Shown in pieces: positions 8,228 through 14,059 of a stretch of DNA of 14,059 bases (within the stretch, counting starts at the first letter, position 1; every line of letters begins with the position of its first letter). The stretch lies in contig JAEOTS010000184.1 of the NCBI GenBank assembly GCA_016839745.1, positions 1-14,059 of the forward strand. The letters are read 5' to 3'. A program made the position numbers and the translations under genes. The notes below the pieces were generated by a model. It made no database searches. It saw nothing but the letters and a program-made list of their open reading frames with translations, and was not told the DNA's origin. Source of the DNA: Promethearchaeota archaeon. GTDB lineage: Archaea > Asgardarchaeota > Lokiarchaeia > Sigyniarchaeales > SOKP01.

Positions 8228-9199
8228 TTAAGTTGATTTTAAAAAAGAGAGTTGCCATTCATATTGTTTTTCTAATCCCACATCGATGTTCACCTTCGGT
8301 TTGAAATTCAGTATTCTCCTTGCTTTGGATATATCTGAATGAGTAATATTAACATCCCCTTTTTGTTTTTCTATGAAACTAATCTTCTTCTCCACTTTTG
8401 CTATACCATACATTTTACTAACAAGTTCGTTTACGGAAATTGGGTTAGATCCCCCAATATTGATTATTTCTCCGTTTGATTTGTCATTCTCTCCAGCTAG
8501 AATTAAACCATCAATGATATCTGTAATGTAAGTAAAGTCTCTTTTTTGAGTCCCATCACCATAAATTAATATTTCTTTATTTTGTAGCATATGAGAAAAA
8601 AATTTCTTTACTGCCATATCAGGGCGACCTCGAGGTCCATAGACTGTATAGAACCTCAAAGAAGTGACTGGGAGATCATTTTCCTTGAAATATAGATTAG
8701 CATAATTTTCTCCGCATAATTTTGAAACTGCATATGGAGAAATGGGATTCTTTGGATGATCTTCATCAACGGGAGTGTATAGCGGATTTCCATATACCGA
8801 TGAAGAAGAAGCATAAATTACCTTTTTAATTGAAGGCATCTTTGAGGCGTATTCAAATACATTTACGGCTCCTACAATATTATTATAAGTTACTTCTGAG
8901 GCATTATCGATTGAATATCTTACACCAGCTTGAGCTGCTAAATGAAAAATATAATCAATTTCATTATTAATCGTATTAAAAGTTGATTTTTCAACGATGT
9001 TTGCCTTAATTAATTTGTACTTTCGGTTTTCCTCGTATTTATTTAATATTTTTTGTAATTGTTCCTCCTTTCCGGGGTAGTAATCGTTAAAGTTATCTAT
9101 TAGAACGAGAAAGTTATTGTGCTTCAGCAATGTCTCGGTTAAATGCGATCCTATGAATCCAGCCGCACCAGTTATCATGACACTTTTATTATTAATCAT
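8228..9199 (-). CDS. NAD-dependent epimerase/dehydratase, UDP-glucuronate 4-epimerase-like (CapI/LpsL type), 323 aa
   Basis: TGAAGFIGS, HLAAQAGVRYS, ASSSSVYG, PISPYAVSK (YxxxK), LRFYTVYGPRGRPDMA, GDGTQKRDFTY. AQAGVRYS and GRPDMA are characteristic of UDP-GlcA 4-epimerases. Confidence 0.88.
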   Translation of the reverse strand: MINNKSVMITGAAGFIGSHLTETLLKHNNFLVLIDNFNDYYPGKEEQLQKILNKYEENRKYKLIKANIVEKSTFNTINNEIDYIFHLAAQAGVRYSIDNASEVTYNNIVGAVNVFEYASKMPSIKKVIYASSSSVYGNPLYTPVDEDHPKNPISPYAVSKLCGENYANLYFKENDLPVTSLRFYTVYGPRGRPDMAVKKFFSHMLQNKEILIYGDGTQKRDFTYITDIIDGLILAGENDKSNGEIINIGGSNPISVNELVSKMYGIAKVEKKISFIEKQKGDVNITHSDISKARRILNFKPKVNIDVGLEKQYEWQLSFLKST

Positions 9200-9313
9200 A
9201 TTGTTATGAAAAATAATACTTATAAGAATTTTTCTTATTTTCTTAGTAATTTTGAGTTTGAATAATAATCCCGCAAAAAAATAGACTTTTGTTTGATGGA
9301 ACGTGAATGATTA

Positions 9314-11605
9314 ATGACTATGTACAATTGTAAATTGAAGTTAATAAAATTGATTTTTCACATACGTAATCATATTAATTTCTATTTCTTCATTATTTCT
9401 TTAATTTCTATAATTCTATTACTTTTAAAATTAATGAACCTTGATGTTGTTCTTCAGTTAGACACTAACTTACTACTTAATATTACACTACAATTTTTAT
9501 GGATGGGTTCTTCGATATTTATTATACTATTTTTACCATCTTATCCCCTCTTTTTCAAAATCTCTAAAAGCGTAAGATTCAACCTTTTAGAAAAGTTATG
9601 CTTAACCATAGTATTTAATTTGAGTTTCTATATAGTGATAGGTTATTTTGGAAATGGGTTTGACTTTGTAATTGATGCTAATTACTTTTTCATATTATTA
9701 CTAGTGTTTTATTTTTCACAAGTAGCTCTAATTTTAATGTATAAAATAAAGAATAATGGTAAAGAAACACTAAAATTTAATACCTCCTCTAAGGAATTAT
9801 TGAAAAAATACGATAATTTCTCATTTAGCACCTATTTAAAGAAGAAGCTTTCTTGGAATGGGTTGTTGCTTATAATTTTTATGATTTTATTGATATTTTC
9901 ATTACTAGCTAATGTAGGAATTTTCGGAGGTACTGATCCGTGGTATCACATTTTTATAATTAAAATAATTACAACCGCGCATTCCTTACCTCTTAACGAA
10001 TATTTCGGTGCAATGGGTTTTCACATAATAGGAGCGGTATTTCATTTCTTTTCTGGTATAGATTTAATTTTTTTTCCAAATATTTCCTTATTTTTTACTA
10101 TTCCTATAACATCTTTAATAGTATATAACATCCTGAGAAGAATCTTTGTAAATAAATCATTAGCAATTTTTGGAATATATATTTTGTTAATCTCGAGTTT
10201 AGGTTTTATTAACTTAACTTTTCAATACTGGCCATCTAGCCTTGTATTTATACAAGGATTAACTATTTTTTTTCTGCTATATACTCGATTAAAAATTTTT
10301 ATTACAAAAGATAAACCTACTTGGAGAACGGTATTATTGAGTTTACCGTTTACTTATATCTATGTTATTTTTACATTCATTGCCTTGTATCTTTCCCATT
10401 CTCTAATTGCACTAATTTTTCTAATCTCTTTTGCGTGGTTATATTTGATTTACTTAGTCAAAGATTTAATCCGCGGTTTTGATTTTGTGTTAATATCTAT
10501 TCTCTTAGTTATTTTTTTAATATTTTATGTTTCCAATGTGAGCACTGGTCATCTAGTTGTATTTGGATTTGTTCTTTTTCTACCCTGGATTTACTTATTA
10601 TTTGGTGTAATCCTAATTACTGTGATTGGAGGCATTCTAATCCTCTATTTACGAGCTCAAATTACTTTTGAAAAGGGAAGGTTTAATTTAATCCTATTAG
10701 GCAAGAAATTTAAGGTTTATACAACAATAGAGAAATTTTTTATCCCTCTTGTACTAATAATAACTTTGGTTTTTAGTTTTAGTTTTTTTATAGCAAATCT
10801 CTTGTGGCTAAATTTAAATTTAGTGACAATTTTTGTTGGTTTTGAAGTCATTGTGTTAGTCATTTTTTCTATTTGGGGTTTAGTTGTTTTTCAGAATAAA
10901 CCGAAAGGAAAACCCTTATTTCTGTGGTTATTGGGTTTTGTTTTTTTGGTTTTATTTGGGTTTCTTTCCGATGTATTTAGAGGAGATCTTAGTTTCTTTT
11001 CAAGATTATTTTATCTTAGCTCTCCAATTTTAGCAATTGGCTTTATTTCATATATATATAAATTAATTAAAATGGGAAAAATAAAATTAAGAAATGTAAA
11101 GATATTTCTTATTGTACTTATATGCTATTCTTCTACAGCTTCATACTTAGAATTTTTCTCGTCAATAGATTTCTTTAGCGTTAATAATAACGAATTAACA
11201 GCAGTGGATTGGTATCTTGATAACTCGGATAATAAAAACACACTAATATTAGAATTTGGGTGGAATCCAGTATATGTTTTTTATGATTATCCTTATGATG
11301 AAGAAAATAGTTCACTCCCATTCACAATAACACAAAATTACATTACTTTCAGCAATAATCTTATTATTCCAGATAACCACATCGATGAAAATGGAACAAA
11401 TGCTTTAGTTGAGTTAAAAGCAAGATACAATACAGATGTGTTTATATTACTCACTAAAAATTACTTAACTACAAATGAAATGGAATTTTATGGAGAATTA
11501 ACTGAAGAACAATATGAAAAGTATTACTCTTTAAATTATTTGAACAGGATTTTTTCAGTCAAGAGTGAAAATGGAAAAAGTTTACCGTATTATTGGGTTA
11601 TTTAA
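9314..11605 (+). CDS. Polytopic membrane protein, putative GT-C fold glycosyltransferase (AglB/STT3-like, lacking WWDYG), 763 aa
   Basis: Many hydrophobic segments. GGTDPWYH (9926-9949) follows a TM helix and is followed by Y...GFH. Late R-L-F-Y-L motif. A soluble C-terminal domain of about 140 aa begins ELTAVDWYLDNS. The N-terminal FLPSY...LLEKLCLTI resembles DUF1616-type segments. Confidence 0.6.
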   Translation: MTMYNCKLKLIKLIFHIRNHINFYFFIISLISIILLLLKLMNLDVVLQLDTNLLLNITLQFLWMGSSIFIILFLPSYPLFFKISKSVRFNLLEKLCLTIVFNLSFYIVIGYFGNGFDFVIDANYFFILLLVFYFSQVALILMYKIKNNGKETLKFNTSSKELLKKYDNFSFSTYLKKKLSWNGLLLIIFMILLIFSLLANVGIFGGTDPWYHIFIIKIITTAHSLPLNEYFGAMGFHIIGAVFHFFSGIDLIFFPNISLFFTIPITSLIVYNILRRIFVNKSLAIFGIYILLISSLGFINLTFQYWPSSLVFIQGLTIFFLLYTRLKIFITKDKPTWRTVLLSLPFTYIYVIFTFIALYLSHSLIALIFLISFAWLYLIYLVKDLIRGFDFVLISILLVIFLIFYVSNVSTGHLVVFGFVLFLPWIYLLFGVILITVIGGILILYLRAQITFEKGRFNLILLGKKFKVYTTIEKFFIPLVLIITLVFSFSFFIANLLWLNLNLVTIFVGFEVIVLVIFSIWGLVVFQNKPKGKPLFLWLLGFVFLVLFGFLSDVFRGDLSFFSRLFYLSSPILAIGFISYIYKLIKMGKIKLRNVKIFLIVLICYSSTASYLEFFSSIDFFSVNNNELTAVDWYLDNSDNKNTLILEFGWNPVYVFYDYPYDEENSSLPFTITQNYITFSNNLIIPDNHIDENGTNALVELKARYNTDVFILLTKNYLTTNEMEFYGELTEEQYEKYYSLNYLNRIFSVKSENGKSLPYYWVI

Positions 11606-12386
11606 AGATTTCGTATCTTCCGGGAAAGAGATTATCTATTTTATCTTTTAAAATATTTTTTTTATTACCCTCAATTTTAAAAATTTTCGGTAGTTTACCT
11701 ACTTGCCCAATTTTATTATCTCGAGATATAAAAGCCCCGTAGACCCCCTCAATATCTTCGGCGGCATCTAAGGCATTTTTAATAGATTTTTCTACATCAA
11801 ATCCTTTAACTAAATTTGCTATTCTTGTAGCAGCACAATCTGCTAAAGTTGCATTTTTTGCAAATATAGTTACTGCATCGGCTTGTCCCAAACTAATTGC
11901 ATGCCCTATCGTAGCAGAGCTGGTTCCAATTCCAATAGGGCAATTTCTTTTTTCAATCATGAAACCAATATTCAAATTGAGTTCATTTAATCCAGCATAT
12001 AACGCGATCTTCATATTTTCTTCCGAATCAACAGCGATTTCGCCACCATTTTCAACTAAAGCAATTTTTGCAGGAATAAAATCCTTCTTATCTCCTCCTT
12101 TCATAACATTTAACATAATATCGGCAAATGCGCCTGCTACAGCTGCCATTGGACCGACATCACATATAACTGATGCTTCACTCATTAAATTTATAATCTC
12201 AAATTCAGTTTTGATTTTAATAGGTGAAAAAGAGGTGAGGAATTTGTTATTTTTTTTTATAAATTTTTCTAAAATTAAACGATTATTAAGTAGACTTTCT
12301 TTAGCTTTTATAATGGCTGTTTTTGACTCTGAAATTAAAGTGATATCCGATTCTTTTTCTAAAAATTGATATTTATATATTTTCAT
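11598..12386 (-). CDS. UPF0280 family protein (ApbE-like superfamily), 262 aa
   Basis: VGPMAAVAGA, VENGGEI, TSSATIGHAISLGQADAVT, ADCAATRIAN. Its 3' end overlaps the membrane-protein gene convergently by 8 bp. Confidence 0.9.
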   Translation of the reverse strand: MKIYKYQFLEKESDITLISESKTAIIKAKESLLNNRLILEKFIKKNNKFLTSFSPIKIKTEFEIINLMSEASVICDVGPMAAVAGAFADIMLNVMKGGDKKDFIPAKIALVENGGEIAVDSEENMKIALYAGLNELNLNIGFMIEKRNCPIGIGTSSATIGHAISLGQADAVTIFAKNATLADCAATRIANLVKGFDVEKSIKNALDAAEDIEGVYGAFISRDNKIGQVGKLPKIFKIEGNKKNILKDKIDNLFPGRYEIFK

Positions 12387-12469
12387 TTAGACTTTAATGA
12401 GACTTTTATTTAATTAAATATATATAAACAAGATTTTATTAATTATTCAAAAAATTTATAATTCATACC

Positions 12470-12958
12470 ATGAAGCAAATTAACTACGACGAAATCATCT
12501 CACAACTGAAAGTTGAGCTAAATTCTGAATGTGCGATTGCAAATATATATGGAATTGTCTTAGCTTCCAACATTAAAGAATTTTCTAAAGGAAAGATTAT
12601 TCCCCATAAAATTCTTTCTCTTATTGGAAGTTCAAAAGATATTGCGGACGAATTAAAATTAAATAAAATAAATTCTTTTGCTTTAGAAGCTCAAGAGTAC
12701 AATTATTTATTTACTTTCAGTGGAGAGTTAATTTTAATCTCTAAATTAGGCTTGAGTATGAATTTAGCTAAATATATGCCATCTATTTCAGTCTTTTTAA
12801 AGAAGTTGAGTGAAAAACATAAAAAACAAGAAGTTAGTGAGTTTTCAGTTTTTGATTTTTCAAAAGAAATTCAGAAAATTAAAGAGACTTTTCAAGATAA
12901 TAAAAGGAAAGACGACAAGTATTCTATAATTAAGGATCTTGTAAAATACATCGCGTAA
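12470..12958 (+). CDS. Roadblock/LC7 (MglB/LAMTOR-like) domain protein with a C-terminal extension of about 45 aa, 162 aa
   Basis: alpha-beta-beta-alpha-beta-beta-beta-alpha pattern: YDEIISQLKVEL / CAIAN / YGIVLASN / KILSLIGSSKDIADEL / INSFALEA / YNYLFTF / LILISKL / NLAKYMPSISVFLKKL. Lies directly upstream of a small GTPase. Confidence 0.7.
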   Translation: MKQINYDEIISQLKVELNSECAIANIYGIVLASNIKEFSKGKIIPHKILSLIGSSKDIADELKLNKINSFALEAQEYNYLFTFSGELILISKLGLSMNLAKYMPSISVFLKKLSEKHKKQEVSEFSVFDFSKEIQKIKETFQDNKRKDDKYSIIKDLVKYIA

Positions 12959-13000
12959 TAATGCAATTTTAAATAAATAACACTATATTAACTTAGATTG

Positions 13001-13006
13001 GGTGAT
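13001..13006 (+). promoter_or_regulatory. Archaeal Shine-Dalgarno-like GGTGAT upstream of the GTPase gene
   Basis: GGTGAT (part of the archaeal GGAGGTGA consensus) lies 5 nt before an in-frame ATA at 13012. Confidence 0.55.
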
Positions 13007-13011
13007 ATGTT

Positions 13012-14059
13012 ATATTAAGACAGGTTTACATATATAAGGGCGGTAAACTACTTTATTATCGGCATTTCGGAAAGGCGCTTAAGAAAGCGGCTTTCGATGC
13101 ATTAGTTGGGGATTTAATGAAAGATGCCTTTGCTAAAGGAGGAAAAAAAGTAGAATATCACGATTATTATAAATACAGAATATCCTATATTACGGAAAAA
13201 GATCAAGAATTGATGTTTTTATTTGTAACTGGGTTAACGGATAATTTTGAAAACATTAAGAAAGAATTAATTAAATGCAAAAAAGAGTTTTTAAATTTTT
13301 TTGAAGATATTCTCCAACACAAGTTTGACGCTAAGACATTTGAGATTTTCGATCCTACCATCGATTCAACCCATAGAAATTTAAGACCTAAAATTTCCCT
13401 AGTAGGTTTTTCGGGTGTTGGAAAAACTACAATAACACGCTTAATTAAAGCTGAAGAAATCCCAATGGAACATATACCGACTATAACAGGAGACATAGCT
13501 ACAATTAGAATAGGGAAATTGCATTTTCATTTGTGGGATTTTGCAGGTCAAGAGCAGTTCAGTTATTTGTGGAACAACTTTATCAAGGGAAGTGATGCTG
13601 TTTTATTGATCACTGACTCTACTTTAGAAAATGTCGAAAAAAGTAAATTTTTCTTGGAACTTATAAAAGAACAAGCTGCTCAAGCTCACACATCGGTTAT
13701 TGGTAATAAACAAGACCTAGACGATGCTATGAAGCCTGAGCAAATCGAAAAAATCTTAGGTCTAAAAACATATTCTATGGTCGCAAAAGATTCCGGGAAC
13801 CGAGATAAAATGATAACTATTATTGCAGACATACTAGAAATGAGTGCAGAAGTTTCACCTTTATTGCAACCATTATTGGAACGAGATACATATACAGAGA
13901 AAGCCGTAAAAGCGTTGGAAGCTGCAAGATTTGATGAAGCTGCATTGTATTTTGAGAAAATCAGTGATTTGTGTATAGAACTAGGAGATGATTCACTTGG
14001 TAAAGAATTTTATGAAAAATCTCAAAAAATAAAAACTATGATCCAACAAACGAAAACTA
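13012..14059 (+). CDS. Longin-domain / Arf-like small GTPase / helical-tail fusion protein, 3'-partial (at least 349 aa; not in the ORF track)
   Basis: Manual translation shows an open frame from after TGA 13003-13005 to the window end: ILRQVYIYKGGKLLYYRHFGK...RPKISLVGFSGVGKTT (G1, 13405-13428)...HIPTIT (G2)...LWDFAGQEQFSYLW (G3, W at 13534)...DAVLLITDS...GNKQDL (G4, N at 13705)...SMVAK (G5-like)...EAALYFEKISDLCIELGDDSLGKEFYEKSQKI. Confidence 0.9.
   Translation, partial: MLRQVYIYKGGKLLYYRHFGKALKKAAFDALVGDLMKDAFAKGGKKVEYHDYYKYRISYITEKDQELMFLFVTGLTDNFENIKKELIKCKKEFLNFFEDILQHKFDAKTFEIFDPTIDSTHRNLRPKISLVGFSGVGKTTITRLIKAEEIPMEHIPTITGDIATIRIGKLHFHLWDFAGQEQFSYLWNNFIKGSDAVLLITDSTLENVEKSKFFLELIKEQAAQAHTSVIGNKQDLDDAMKPEQIEKILGLKTYSMVAKDSGNRDKMITIIADILEMSAEVSPLLQPLLERDTYTEKAVKALEAARFDEAALYFEKISDLCIELGDDSLGKEFYEKSQKIKTMIQQTKT

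Noticed and set aside
9314-11605. Calling the membrane protein aglB (oligosaccharyltransferase), or a Wzx/Wzy protein
   Set aside because: There is no WWDYG motif, so aglB is not supported. The DPWYH loop and C-terminal soluble domain fit GT-C better than a flippase; a polymerase role cannot be excluded but has no direct support.
11959-12369. 136-aa plus-strand ORF from the track
   Set aside because: Antisense to the conserved UPF0280 gene, with the S/F/I-rich composition typical of a shadow frame.
12470-12958. Profilin assignment
   Set aside because: The fold family is related, but the strand/helix spacing, the NL-x-x helix start and the GTPase adjacency fit Roadblock/MglB better. A profile search is needed to settle it.
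12961-12972. Mini-ORF ATG CAA TTT TAA right after the roadblock stop
   Set aside because: Three codons, no SD, and expected by chance in AT-rich DNA.
13203-13496. 97-aa minus-strand ORF from the track
   Set aside because: Antisense to the longin-GTPase gene, whose plus-strand frame carries ordered G1-G4 motifs.
1-14059. CRISPR arrays, tRNA/rRNA genes, transposases or integrases
   Set aside because: No regularly spaced repeats, GC-rich structured RNA segments or recombinase motifs seen. Intergenic gaps are short and AT-rich.

Overview
AT-rich (GC below about 30% by eye) window that looks archaeal and is most consistent with an Asgard (Lokiarchaeia-like) genome; this is inferred from gene content, not from a database search. 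Positions 1-11605 form a surface-glycan biosynthesis locus. It has three GT4 glycosyltransferases, an RmlD-like (QnlA/WbvR-type) NDP-4-keto-sugar reductase, an FnlC/Cap5G-type UDP-HexNAc 2-epimerase, two tandem DPM1-like GT2 paralogues and a UDP-glucuronate 4-epimerase-like SDR. A divergent 763-aa polytopic protein carries AglB/STT3-like GT-C motifs (DPWYH) but no WWDYG. Next come a UPF0280 (ApbE-like) gene and, divergently, a Roadblock/LC7 (MglB-like) gene. The window ends in a gene the ORF track missed, 13012 to >14059: a longin-like domain, an Arf-like small GTPase (G1 GFSGVGKT, G3 WDFAGQE, G4 NKQD) and a TPR/SNAP-like helical tail. It has no ATG/GTG/TTG start covering its N-terminus and probably initiates at ATA. 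The roadblock plus longin-GTPase module and the Dol-P-sugar/GT-C module are the most interesting systems here.
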